From assembly GCF_042660085.1 (NCBI RefSeq), contig NZ_JBHSTI010000008.1, positions 2,115,604 to 2,147,603 on the forward strand: 32,000 nucleotides of DNA, in the 5' to 3' direction. This stretch comes from Longivirga aurantiaca (GTDB lineage Bacteria; Actinomycetota; Actinomycetes; S36-B12; CAIYMF01). The notes beneath the pieces are model-generated. The model worked only from the letters and a program-made list of their open reading frames with translations. It did not search any database and was not told where the DNA came from. Shown piece by piece: positions 8,314-17,605 of this stretch (positions are counted from its first letter, which is position 1; each line of letters starts with the position of its first letter). The translations under genes and the position numbers were made by a program.

Positions 8314-11025
8314 TCAGCGGGTGTCGGACCCAGCGCCGGCGATGGCGGCGCGTCCGGCCTCGAGGCGGGCGACGGGCACGCGGAACGGCGAGCACGACAC
8401 GTAGTCGAGCCCGGCGGAGTGGAAGAAGTGGATCGACTCCGGGTCGCCGCCGTGCTCGCCGCAGACTCCGAGCTTGAGGTCGGGCCGGGTCTTGCGCCCC
8501 TCCTCGGCCGCGATCCGCACCAGGCGCCCGACGCCGTCGGCGTCGAGGGTCTCGAACGGCGACACCGTGAAGACGCCCTTGTCGAGATAGGTCGCGAAGA
8601 ACTCGGCCTCGACGTCGTCGCGGCTGAAGCCCCACGTGGTCTGGGTCAGGTCGTTGGTGCCGAAGGAGAAGAACTCCGCGACGTCGGCGATGCGGTGCGC
8701 GGTGAGCGCCGCACGCGGCAGCTCGATCATCGTGCCGATCGGGATGTGCAGGTCGACACCCTCGCGGGCGGCGATCTCGTGCACGATGCCGTCGGTCTCG
8801 TCGGCCACCAGGTGCAGCTCCATCACCGACCCGACCAGCGGCACCATGATCTCGACCTTCGGGTCGCCGCCTGCCTTCTTGCGCGCGACCGCGGCCTCCG
8901 CGATGGCCCGCACCTGCAGACCGAACAGGCCCGGCACGACGAGCCCCAGACGTACGCCGCGCAGGCCGAGCATCGGGTTCGACTCGTGCAGGCGCTGCAC
9001 CGCCGCGAGCAGCTTGAGGTCGGCGGCCTCGGAGTAGCCGTTGGCCTCCGCCACCGCGACCCGCACCGAGAGCTCGGTGAGGTTGGGCAGGAACTCGTGC
9101 AGCGGCGGGTCGAGCAGGCGGATCGTGACGGGAAGGCCGTCCATCTGCTCGAGCAGCTCGATGAAGTCCTGCCGCTGGAGCGGGAGCAGCGCGTCCAGAG
9201 CGGCCTGGCGGTCCTCGTCGTCGGAGAGGATCACGCGCTCGATGAGCACGCGCCGGTCGCCCAGGAACATGTGCTCGGTCCGTGTGAGGCCGATCCCCTC
9301 CGCACCCATGTAGCGGGCGCGGGCGGCATCCTCGGCGGTGTCCGCGTTGGCGCGGACGCGCAGGTGGCGGATCTCGTCGGCGTAGCCGAGCACGCGGTCG
9401 ACGCTCGTCACGAGCGCAGCTGTGTCCTCGTCGGCGTCGACGAGCGCGGCTTCGAGGCCGTTCTCGAGGTACATCACCACGGGCGACGGACGCACGGGCA
9501 CAGCGCCGATGAAGACCTCACCGGTGGAGCCGTCGATCGACAGGACGTCGCCCTCGACGATCGTGATGTCGCCGCACCGCGCGGTGCGCAGGTGCACGTC
9601 GATGTCGAGGTCCTCGGCGCCGGACACGCAGGTCTTGCCCATGCCACGGGCCACGACGGCCGCGTGCGAGGTCTTCCCGCCGCGCGCGGTGAGGATGCCG
9701 ACGGCGGCGATCATGCCCTCGAGGTCGTCCGGGTTGGTCTCGCGGCGCAGCAGCAGCACGTCCTCGCCGCGCTCCTTCGCGGCGACCGCGGCTGCGGAGT
9801 CGAAGACGACCTTGCCGACCGCCGCACCCGGTGACGCTGCGCCGGCCTTGCACAGCAGCTGCCTCTCGGCGGACGAGTCGAACTGCGGGAACATCAGCTG
9901 CGCGAGCTGCGCGCCCGTGACCCGGTCGAGCGCTTCGTCCTCGTGGATGAGGTGCTCGTCGACGAGCTGGGTCGCGATGCGGAACGCCGCTGCCGCGGTG
10001 CGCTTGCCCACGCGGGTCTGCAGCATCCAGAGCTTGCCGCGCTCGATCGTGAACTCGATGTCGCACAGGTCGCGGTAGTGCGTCTCGAGGCGGCGCATCA
10101 CGGTCATGAGCTCGGCGTGCGCCTCGGGCAGAAGGCCCTTGAGATCGTCGAGGGACAGGGTGTTGCGGATTCCGGCGACGACGTCCTCGCCCTGCGCGTT
10201 CTCGAGGTAGTCGCCGTACGAGCCGGGCGCACCCGTGGACGGGTCGCGGGTGAACGCGACGCCCGTGCCCGAGCCCTCGCCCAGGTTGCCGAACACCATC
10301 GTGCACACGTTGACCGCGGTGCCCAGGTCGTGCGGGATCCGCTCACGGCGGCGGTAGAGACGCGCGCGGTCGGTGTTCCACGAGTCGAACACCGCGCGGA
10401 TCGCGAGGTCGAGCTGCTCGCGCGGGTGCTGCGGGAAGTCGCGGCCCGACTCCTCGCGCACGATGTCCTTGAACAGCTGCACGAGCGCCTGCAGGTCCTC
10501 GACGCCGAGCTCGGTGTCGAGCGCGACGCCCTTGGCCTTCTTCGCGTCGTCGAGCGCGTCGGCGAACCGGTCGCCCTCGATGCCGAGCACCGTCTTGCCG
10601 AACATCTGCACCAGGCGGCGGTAGGAGTCCCACGCGAACCGCTCGTTGCCGCTCGCCTCGGCCAGGCCGATGACGCTGGCGTCGTTCAGGCCGATGTTCA
10701 GGACCGTCTCCATCATGCCGGGCATGGAGAACTTCGCCCCCGACCGCACGCTGACCAGCAGCGGGTCGTGCCGGTCGCCCAGGCGCCGGTCGAGCGAGTC
10801 CTCGAGGTGCCGCAGCGCCATCGTGACCTGCACGCGCAGCTCGCCCGGCTCCTTGCCCTTGGCCAGGTAGGAGCGGCACGCCTCGGTCGTGATCGTGAAC
10901 CCCGGCGGCACCGGCAGCCCGAGGTTCGTCATCTCGGCGAGGTTCGCACCCTTGCCGCCGAGCAGGTCCTTCTGGTCCTTCGACCCCTGCGTGAAGTCGA
11001 AGACGTACGCCGATGCTCCTGGCAT
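8314..11025 (-). CDS. ppdK: Pyruvate, phosphate dikinase
   Basis: VFDFTQGSKDQKDLLGGKGANLAEMTNLGLPVPPGFTITTEAC; GILTARGGKTSHAAVVARGMGKTCVSG (phosphohistidine region); GLTRTEHMFLGDRR; KLGVCGEHGGDPESI. Confidence 0.97.
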   Translation of the reverse strand: MPGASAYVFDFTQGSKDQKDLLGGKGANLAEMTNLGLPVPPGFTITTEACRSYLAKGKEPGELRVQVTMALRHLEDSLDRRLGDRHDPLLVSVRSGAKFSMPGMMETVLNIGLNDASVIGLAEASGNERFAWDSYRRLVQMFGKTVLGIEGDRFADALDDAKKAKGVALDTELGVEDLQALVQLFKDIVREESGRDFPQHPREQLDLAIRAVFDSWNTDRARLYRRRERIPHDLGTAVNVCTMVFGNLGEGSGTGVAFTRDPSTGAPGSYGDYLENAQGEDVVAGIRNTLSLDDLKGLLPEAHAELMTVMRRLETHYRDLCDIEFTIERGKLWMLQTRVGKRTAAAAFRIATQLVDEHLIHEDEALDRVTGAQLAQLMFPQFDSSAERQLLCKAGAASPGAAVGKVVFDSAAAVAAKERGEDVLLLRRETNPDDLEGMIAAVGILTARGGKTSHAAVVARGMGKTCVSGAEDLDIDVHLRTARCGDITIVEGDVLSIDGSTGEVFIGAVPVRPSPVVMYLENGLEAALVDADEDTAALVTSVDRVLGYADEIRHLRVRANADTAEDAARARYMGAEGIGLTRTEHMFLGDRRVLIERVILSDDEDRQAALDALLPLQRQDFIELLEQMDGLPVTIRLLDPPLHEFLPNLTELSVRVAVAEANGYSEAADLKLLAAVQRLHESNPMLGLRGVRLGLVVPGLFGLQVRAIAEAAVARKKAGGDPKVEIMVPLVGSVMELHLVADETDGIVHEIAAREGVDLHIPIGTMIELPRAALTAHRIADVAEFFSFGTNDLTQTTWGFSRDDVEAEFFATYLDKGVFTVSPFETLDADGVGRLVRIAAEEGRKTRPDLKLGVCGEHGGDPESIHFFHSAGLDYVSCSPFRVPVARLEAGRAAIAGAGSDTR

Positions 11026-11167
11026 GACCTGATCCCTCCGAGCCTGCTGACCCTCGGTCGCTCGATCCGTGCCGGATCTGCCGACCCCGTTGGCGACGCT
11101 ATCCCCCGAGGTTCCGCGAGGGCTGGTCGAACCTTGTGTAAACGCAGTCACATCGACGAGGACTGCG

Positions 11168-12190
11168 TCACACCGCGACCCCGTCGCGCGCGGCGACGAG
11201 GTCGAGGGCGACGTCGACGATCATGTCCTCCTGGCCGCCGACGAGCTTGCGGCGCCCGACCTCGACGAGGATCGCGCGGGTGTCGAGGCCGTACGTGTCG
11301 GCCGCCCGCTCGGCGTGCCGCAGGAAGCTGCCGTAGACACCGGCGTACCCGAGGGTGAGGGTCTCCCGGTCGACGCGCACCGGGCGGTCCTGCGTCGGGC
11401 GCACGAGGTCGTCGGCGGCGTCCATGAGCGCCATCACGTCCGAGCCGTGCTGCCAGCCGGTGAGGTCGGCGACGGCGATGAACGCCTCGATAGGGCAGTT
11501 GCCCGCACCTGCACCCTGGCCCGCGAGCGAGGCGTCGACGCGGTACGCGCCCTCCTCCACCGCGACGACGCTGTTGGCGACCCCGAGGCCGAGGTTGTGG
11601 TGGGCGTGGATGCCGACCTGCGTCTCCGGCTCCAGGTTGTCGCGGAAGGCGCGGACGCGGTCGCGGACGCCGGTCATCGTGAGACGGCCGCCCGAGTCGA
11701 CGACGTACAGGCACCCGGCCCCGGCGTCCTCCATGATCCTCGCCTGCTGCACGAGCACGTCGGGCTCGGCCATGTGGCTCATCATGAGGAAGCCCGACAC
11801 GTCCATCCCGAGCTCGCACGCCTTGCCGATGTGCTGGATCGCGACGTCGGCCTCGGTGCAGTGCGTGGCGACGCGGACCGACTGCACGCCGAGGTCGTGC
11901 GCGTGCTCGAGGTCCTCGATCCGGCCGATGCCGGGAAGCAGCAGCGTGGTGAGCTTGGCCGTCTTCACGACCTCGGCTGCGGCGGCGATCCACTCCCAGT
12001 CGGTGTGGCGTCCGGGGCCGTAGTTGAGGCTCGATCCGCCGAGGCCGTCGCCGTGGGTCACCTCGATGGCGTCGACGCCGGCGGCGTCGAGGGCCGCGGC
12101 GATGTCGCGGACCTGGTCGAGCGTGTACTGGTGGCGGACGGAGTGCATGCCGTCCCGGAGGGTGACGTCCTGGATGTAGAGCTGCGTCAT
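11168..12190 (-). CDS. 4-hydroxy-2-oxovalerate aldolase (MhpE/HsaF/DmpG family)
   Basis: [53 protein letters not shown]; [43 protein letters not shown]. Confidence 0.95.
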   Translation of the reverse strand: MTQLYIQDVTLRDGMHSVRHQYTLDQVRDIAAALDAAGVDAIEVTHGDGLGGSSLNYGPGRHTDWEWIAAAAEVVKTAKLTTLLLPGIGRIEDLEHAHDLGVQSVRVATHCTEADVAIQHIGKACELGMDVSGFLMMSHMAEPDVLVQQARIMEDAGAGCLYVVDSGGRLTMTGVRDRVRAFRDNLEPETQVGIHAHHNLGLGVANSVVAVEEGAYRVDASLAGQGAGAGNCPIEAFIAVADLTGWQHGSDVMALMDAADDLVRPTQDRPVRVDRETLTLGYAGVYGSFLRHAERAADTYGLDTRAILVEVGRRKLVGGQEDMIVDVALDLVAARDGVAV

Positions 12191-13143
12191 GACGGGACGA
12201 CCTCCAGCGTGGGGTTGGCGTGCGTGGCGACGACGCGCTCGGCCACCTGCAGGGCTGCCGAGGTCATGATGTCGAGGTTGCCGGCGTACGCCGGGAGGTA
12301 GTGGCCGGCGCCCTCGACCTCGAGGAACACCGAGACCACGAGGCGGTCGGCCGGCTCGCGGTCGGGCACGAGCACCCGCTCGGGCGTGTCCTTCCCGACC
12401 TTGCGGAACTGCACCTTCTGCTTGAGGCGGTAGCCCGGCACGTACGACGAGACCCGCTCGACCATCCGCTCGACCGAGTCGACGACGGCCTGCTCGTCGC
12501 ACTCGTCGACGATCGCGAGCACTGTGTCGCGCATGATCAGCGGCGGCTCGGCCGGGTTGAGGATGATGATCGCCTTGCCGCGCGCGGCACCCCCGACCTT
12601 CTCGATCGCGAGCGAGGTGGTCTCGGTGAACTCGTCGATGTTGGCGCGCGTGCCGGGGCCGGCCGACTTCGACGCGATCGACGCCACGATCTCGGCGTAG
12701 TGCACGGGCGCCACCTGCGAGATCGCCGCGACCATCGGGATGGTCGCCTGGCCGCCGCAGGTCACCATGTTCACGTTGCGCTGGGTGAGGTGCTCGTCGA
12801 GGTTCACCGCGGGCACGACGTAGGGGCCGATCGCGGCCGGCGTGAGGTCGACCATCGTGACGCCGGTGCCCGCGAGCCGGCTGTCGTTGTAGACGTGCGC
12901 ACCTGCCGAGGTCGCGTCGAAGACGATGCCGATCTCGTCGAGGTGCGGCAGCTGGAGCAGCCCGTCGACACCGGTCGCGACCGTCGGCACACCCATGCGC
13001 GCCGCGCGGGCGAGGCCGTCCGACGCCGGGTCGATGCCGACCATCGCGCCCATCTCGAGCGTCTGCGACAGGCGCAGCACCTTGATCATGAGGTCGGTGC
13101 CGATGTTGCCGGATCCGATGATCGCGACCTTGTTGCGGGTCAT
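12187..13143 (-). CDS. Acetaldehyde/propionaldehyde dehydrogenase, acylating (MhpF/HsaG family)
   Basis: [20 protein letters not shown]; [19 protein letters not shown]; [20 protein letters not shown] (catalytic Cys). ATGA overlap with the aldolase start at 12187-12190. Confidence 0.95.
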   Translation of the reverse strand: MTRNKVAIIGSGNIGTDLMIKVLRLSQTLEMGAMVGIDPASDGLARAARMGVPTVATGVDGLLQLPHLDEIGIVFDATSAGAHVYNDSRLAGTGVTMVDLTPAAIGPYVVPAVNLDEHLTQRNVNMVTCGGQATIPMVAAISQVAPVHYAEIVASIASKSAGPGTRANIDEFTETTSLAIEKVGGAARGKAIIILNPAEPPLIMRDTVLAIVDECDEQAVVDSVERMVERVSSYVPGYRLKQKVQFRKVGKDTPERVLVPDREPADRLVVSVFLEVEGAGHYLPAYAGNLDIMTSAALQVAERVVATHANPTLEVVPS

Positions 13144-13943
13144 GCCGTCTCCTCCTGCGCGAACGTGACCGAGATCTGGCCGAGGCCGGAGATGTCCGCC
13201 TCGACGACGTCGCCCGGGCGGACGACGGCCATGGGACCGAGCGCGCCCGACAGCACGACCTCGCCCGCGCGCAGCGGGTCGCCCAGGTCCCGGACCGTGC
13301 GGGCGAGCCAGAGCAGCGCGAGGAGCGGGTCGTCGAGGCAGGCCGAGCCCTGCCCCTCGGACGCCTTCTCGCCGTTGACCGTCATCGTCATCACGACGTC
13401 GACCGGCTCGACCTCGGTCAGCGGCACGACGGCGGCGGACACCACGTAGAGGGCGCTCGACGCGTTGTCGGCGACGGTGTCGGCGTACGAGATGTCCCAG
13501 TCGGCGATGCGGCTGTCGACGATCTCGATCGCTGCCATCGCGCCGGCGACGGCCGCGCGGACCTCCGCGACGTCCTCGAGCGCGCCGTCGAGGTCCGCGG
13601 CGAGCAGGAACGCGACCTCGGCCTCGACCTTCGGCTGCAGCAGGGCGCCAGCGGGCACGGTGCCCCCGGCGGGCACGGCCATGTCGTCGAGCAGCGAGCC
13701 GAAGTCGGGGGTTCCGACGCCGAGCTGCTTCTGCACCGCGGCCGAGGTGAGCCCGATCTTGCGGCCGACCCGCGTCGCACCGGCCTCGAGCCGGCGGGCG
13801 ACGTTGACCGAGGCGACGGCGTACGCCGACTCGACGTCGTCCGCTGCCATGAGGTCGCGCACGGGAGGGCACGGCGTGCGCGTCTGGGCGGCCGCCCAGA
13901 GGCGGTCGGCCGCGGCCTGCCGCGGATCGGTGGAGGGGGTCAT
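13140..13943 (-). CDS. 2-keto-4-pentenoate / 2-hydroxyalka-dienoate hydratase (MhpD/HsaE family)
   Basis: [31 protein letters not shown]; [11 protein letters not shown]; [12 protein letters not shown]; [33 protein letters not shown]. Confidence 0.93.
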   Translation of the reverse strand: MTPSTDPRQAAADRLWAAAQTRTPCPPVRDLMAADDVESAYAVASVNVARRLEAGATRVGRKIGLTSAAVQKQLGVGTPDFGSLLDDMAVPAGGTVPAGALLQPKVEAEVAFLLAADLDGALEDVAEVRAAVAGAMAAIEIVDSRIADWDISYADTVADNASSALYVVSAAVVPLTEVEPVDVVMTMTVNGEKASEGQGSACLDDPLLALLWLARTVRDLGDPLRAGEVVLSGALGPMAVVRPGDVVEADISGLGQISVTFAQEETA

Positions 13944-13960
13944 GGGCCCAGCATGGACGG

Positions 13961-13979
13961 GTGACGATCGGTACGTCAC
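13961..13979. promoter_or_regulatory. Operator-like inverted repeat in the hydratase/IclR divergent intergenic region
   Basis: GTGACG-ATCGGTA-CGTCAC in the 46-bp gap between divergent starts 13943 (-) and 13990 (+). Confidence 0.45.
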
Positions 13980-13989
13980 ACTTCGTTCC

Positions 13990-14793
13990 ATGTCACGGAA
14001 CACTCAACCTGCTGCCGGATCGACGGTGTCAGAGCGGCCGGATCGCAGTGCAGCACTCGCTGAATCTCGCGACACGATGCTCGAGCGCGGTGTCCATATC
14101 CTGCAGTCGTTCCGTCCTACGGGACAGCCGCAATCGCTCTCGGCGATCGCGCGACGGACCGATCTCCCCAAGTCCACGACGCACCGCATCGTCGAGGTGC
14201 TGGCCGGTCAAGGGCTGCTCGAGCGCACGGGCGAGGGATGGGTCCTCGGCCGGGCGCTCTTCGAGCTCGGCGAGCTCGTGCCCATCAAGCGCCGCCTGCG
14301 CGAGACCGCGCTGCCGTTCATGGAGGACCTCTACGAGGCCACCCACGAGACCGTGCACCTCGCCGTCCGCGACGACCTCGACGTGCTGTACGCCGAGAAG
14401 ATCCGGGGGCACTCCGGCGTCGACATGCCGTCACGCGTGGGCGGGCGTCTCCCGCTCTCGAGCACGGGGGTCGGCAAGACCCTGCTCGCCTTCTCCCCTG
14501 CGTCGCTCGTCGAGGAGGTCGTGTCGCGCCCGCTGCGCAGGCTCACCGAGCACTCCATCTCCGACCCCGCGGTGCTGCAGGACGAGCTGGCCACGATCCG
14601 GGCCGCGGGTGTCGGCTACGACCGGGAGGAGGCCGCGCTCGGAGTGAGCTGCGTCGCTGCGCCGGTGCTCGTGCGGGGCGAGCCGGTGGCTGCCCTCTCG
14701 GTGAGCGTGCCGTCCGGCCAGCTGCAGCCTGCCCGCCTCGCGCCGGCCGTGCGCACGGCCGCACTGGCCCTCAGCCGGGCGCTGTCGCGCTAG
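13990..14793 (+). CDS. IclR-family transcriptional regulator
   Basis: [49 protein letters not shown] (HTH); [20 protein letters not shown]; [22 protein letters not shown]. Confidence 0.94.
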   Translation: MSRNTQPAAGSTVSERPDRSAALAESRDTMLERGVHILQSFRPTGQPQSLSAIARRTDLPKSTTHRIVEVLAGQGLLERTGEGWVLGRALFELGELVPIKRRLRETALPFMEDLYEATHETVHLAVRDDLDVLYAEKIRGHSGVDMPSRVGGRLPLSSTGVGKTLLAFSPASLVEEVVSRPLRRLTEHSISDPAVLQDELATIRAAGVGYDREEAALGVSCVAAPVLVRGEPVAALSVSVPSGQLQPARLAPAVRTAALALSRALSR

Positions 14794-14923
14794 GGCGTCA
14801 CGAAGGCGACTCGCCCGGACTCGGTTTCGTCCGTTCGCCCATCGCTCTAATGTTCGTGACTCATCGGGCCCTCGGACATCAAGATCTCGGTCCGTCGGGC
14901 CGTCAGCAACCAGGAGGCGTGCA

Positions 14924-15331
14924 GTGGATCTGCCCCAGGCTCAGGCCGCGCTCGCCGCGGTCGTGGCACATGCGACGACCATCGGCGCCTCGGTGTCGTG
15001 CAGCGTGGTGGACGGCGCGGGCAACGAGGTGCTGACCGCGCGCATGCCGGGTGCACCGTCGTTCACGCCGCACATCGCGCGCACCAAGGCGCGCACAGCC
15101 GTCGCCCTGAGGATGGACAGCGCCGATGTTGCCGGGCTGGCGCAGACCTACCCCGACCTGATCCCCGTCATCGACGAGCAGATGCCGTTCACCGTGACGA
15201 CCCTCGCGGGCGGCGTGCTCGTCCGCGCGGGCAAAGCGGTCCTCGGAGCGGTCGGCGTCAGCGGGGCGACCCCGGACGAGGACGCCGAGTGCGCACGTGC
15301 CGGCGCGTCCGCGACCGGTCTGACGGAGTAG
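14924..15331 (+). CDS. GlcG/HbpS-like family protein
   Basis: AQAALAAVVAHATTIGASVSCSVVDGAGNEVLTARMPGAPSFTPHIARTKARTAVAL...VLGAVGVSGATPDEDAECARAG. Confidence 0.85.
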   Translation: MDLPQAQAALAAVVAHATTIGASVSCSVVDGAGNEVLTARMPGAPSFTPHIARTKARTAVALRMDSADVAGLAQTYPDLIPVIDEQMPFTVTTLAGGVLVRAGKAVLGAVGVSGATPDEDAECARAGASATGLTE

Positions 15332-15379
15332 CCGCCGACCCGGCGCCCGCGCCGCACCGTCCGGCACAAGAATGTCCCC

Positions 15380-16714
15380 GTGCCGCCCCGGACAGCCCGA
15401 CGCCACCGCCAGGGTGAGGAGTCGCGGGCGCTGATCCTCGACGCCGCGCTGGAGATCGCCGCGGAGCGCGGCTACTCCGGCACCACCATGTCGCTGGTCA
15501 CCGAGCGCACCGGACTGCCGTCGTCGTCGATCTACTGGCACTTCCGCAACAAGGACCACCTTCTCGCCGAGGCGCTCGACCACAGCTGGTCCCGCTGGCT
15601 CGAGGCGGAGCCCCGGACCGACCCCGACGTCGGCGACGACCTCGAGTCGCGGGTGGCGCAGCGCATGGAGCGGCTGCGCACCACGATCGCCACGGCACCG
15701 GAGTTCTGGCGGCTCGGTCTCATGCTCGGACTGCTGCGCACCACGGACGAGATCGCGGCCCGGGACCGCTTCCTCGCCTTGCGGCGGGCGACGATCGAGT
15801 CGACGGAGCGCTGGTGGGCCGATGAGCTTCCCGTCGGCGCGGACGGTGGCGCCCCGCGTGTGCTCGCCCGCCTTCAGCTCGCGGCTGCGGACGGACTCCT
15901 CCTCGCCTCGGAGACCGACCGGGTGTGGAGCTATCCGCGCCTGACGCACGCGTTGGGGCGCGCGCTGCCACCGGTAGCGCTGCGGCTCGCCGGTTCGCCG
16001 ACGCGCCCAACGGCATCCGCCGCTCGCCCGGGCCGGCCGGTGCCGCTGAGTGCCCTGCCGGAGGACTCGAGAACTCGCCTGCTGCGCGCCGCCGCTGAGG
16101 TGTCGGCCGAGCGCGGGTACGTCGGCACGAGCATCAGCCGCATCTGCGAACGGTCAGGGCTCCCTCCGAGCTCGCTGTACTGGTTCTTCGCCGACAAGGG
16201 CGCGCTCCTGGCCGAGGTGCTCGAGCGCAGCTTCGACGAATGGCTCGACCGCCAGCCCACCTGGACGCTCGCGACGACGCCTGAGCAACGGGTCGCGACC
16301 CTCAAGGTCGTCCTGCGCAGCACGATCGGCAGCTTCCACGAGGCGCCCGACTTCCTGCTGGTCGGGCACCTCATCGCCCTCGAGACTCGGGACGAGGGCA
16401 CGACGGCTCGAGCCCGGTTCCTCGCCATCCGACGGCAGGCGGAGAAGACGCTGACCGCCTGGTTCGCCGGCACCTTGGCCCGAGGCCCGGCGGCGGCTGA
16501 CCGCGACCTGCACCGCACCTTGGCACGCCTCACGATGGCGGTCACCGACGGGCTCTTCCTCGGCGAGCAGATGGACGAGTGGGAGACCGACCCGGACGAC
16601 GTCGCCGACGCACTCGTGGCGCTGCTGGAGGAGATCGTCGGCCAGCGGGAGTCCGAGCTGGCCCCGGGCCCGTCAGCGCGACGGCGCGATCGGCGCGGTT
16701 CCGCGAGCGGGTGA
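15380..16714 (+). CDS. Regulator with two tandem TetR-type units in one polypeptide
   Basis: HTH 1: ILDAALEIAAERGYSGTTMSLVTERTGLPSSSIYWHFRNKDHLLAEALDHS. HTH 2: LLRAAAEVSAERGYVGTSISRICERSGLPPSSLYWFFADKGALLAEVLERS. Confidence 0.92.
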   Translation: MPPRTARRHRQGEESRALILDAALEIAAERGYSGTTMSLVTERTGLPSSSIYWHFRNKDHLLAEALDHSWSRWLEAEPRTDPDVGDDLESRVAQRMERLRTTIATAPEFWRLGLMLGLLRTTDEIAARDRFLALRRATIESTERWWADELPVGADGGAPRVLARLQLAAADGLLLASETDRVWSYPRLTHALGRALPPVALRLAGSPTRPTASAARPGRPVPLSALPEDSRTRLLRAAAEVSAERGYVGTSISRICERSGLPPSSLYWFFADKGALLAEVLERSFDEWLDRQPTWTLATTPEQRVATLKVVLRSTIGSFHEAPDFLLVGHLIALETRDEGTTARARFLAIRRQAEKTLTAWFAGTLARGPAAADRDLHRTLARLTMAVTDGLFLGEQMDEWETDPDDVADALVALLEEIVGQRESELAPGPSARRRDRRGSASG

Positions 16715-16811
16715 CGAGCGGCCGAGAGGCCGAGCGGCCGCGGAATGGCGCGGCCCGACATGGTGTTGGCCAGAAAGGTGCCCGCGCGTGCGGCACGACG
16801 AGAGGCTGGAC

Positions 16812-17465
16812 ATGACGGACGTGCTCAAGGTCGACGTGTGGTCCGACGTCGCCTGCCCCTGGTGCTACATCGGCAAGCGTCGCTTCGCCGAGGGCGTGCG
16901 CCGCTACACCGAGGCCGGTGGCGACCGCGTCGTCGAGGTTGAGTACCACTCGTTCGAGCTCTCCCCCGACACCCCCGTCGACTTCGAGGGCGACGAGATC
17001 GACTTCCTGGCCAAGCACAAGCGGATGCCGGTCGAGCAGGTCCGTCAGCTGATCGCATACGTGAAGCAGGTCGCGGCGGGCGAAGGCATCGACTACGACT
17101 TCGAGGCGCTGCACCACACCAAGACGCTCAAGGCGCACGAGCTGCTGCACCTCGCCAAGGCGCACGGCAAGCAGGAGGAGATGAAGGAGCGGCTGCTGGC
17201 CGCCTACTTCGTGGAGGGCCGCCACGTGGGACGGATCGAGGAGCTCGCCTCGCTCGCCGCCGACGTCGGCCTCGATCCCGTCGAGGTCACCACCGCTCTC
17301 GAGGCCGGGACCTACGCCGACGCCGTGGCCGCCGACATCGCCCAGGGTCTCGCCTACGGCATCAACGGCGTGCCGTTCTACGTGATCGACGGCCGGTACG
17401 GCGTGAGCGGCGCGCAGAGCCCCGAGATGTTCGCCGAGGCCCTTGCTCAGGCGGCGGCGGAGTGA
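16812..17465 (+). CDS. DsbA-family (FrnE-like) oxidoreductase
   Basis: VDVWSDVACPWCYIGKRRF (CPWC), HELLHLAKAHGKQ, YGINGVPFYVIDGRYGVSGAQSPEMF. Confidence 0.94.
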   Translation: MTDVLKVDVWSDVACPWCYIGKRRFAEGVRRYTEAGGDRVVEVEYHSFELSPDTPVDFEGDEIDFLAKHKRMPVEQVRQLIAYVKQVAAGEGIDYDFEALHHTKTLKAHELLHLAKAHGKQEEMKERLLAAYFVEGRHVGRIEELASLAADVGLDPVEVTTALEAGTYADAVAADIAQGLAYGINGVPFYVIDGRYGVSGAQSPEMFAEALAQAAAE

Positions 17466-17605
17466 CCGGCCCGACGCCGTTCACCGTGCTGCCGGGCGCG
17501 GACGACGTGGCCTGCGTGGACGGCGTGTGCGCCGTGCCCGCGCCGTCCGACGTCGCCCCGCAGCCGGACTCGACCAACGCGACGGACGCGACAGACGCGG
17601 ACTAG
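17462..17605 (+). CDS. Candidate 47-aa small protein with CVDGVC motif, overlapping the DsbA-like gene
   Basis: VTGPTPFTVLPGADDVACVDGVCAVPAPSDVAPQPDSTNATDATDAD*; GTG start overlaps the upstream TGA; stop shares CTAG with dusB stop. Confidence 0.5.
   Translation: MTGPTPFTVLPGADDVACVDGVCAVPAPSDVAPQPDSTNATDATDAD

Noticed and set aside
7729-11358. Long plus-strand ORFs (701 aa and 471 aa) opposite YdcF and ppdK
   Set aside because: Antisense frames of strongly conserved genes; His/Arg/Glu-rich repeats typical of GC-rich complement translations.
16715-16790. GCGGCCGAG-like short repeats after the tandem TetR gene
   Set aside because: Short imperfect GC-rich direct repeats without clear structure; compatible with composition.
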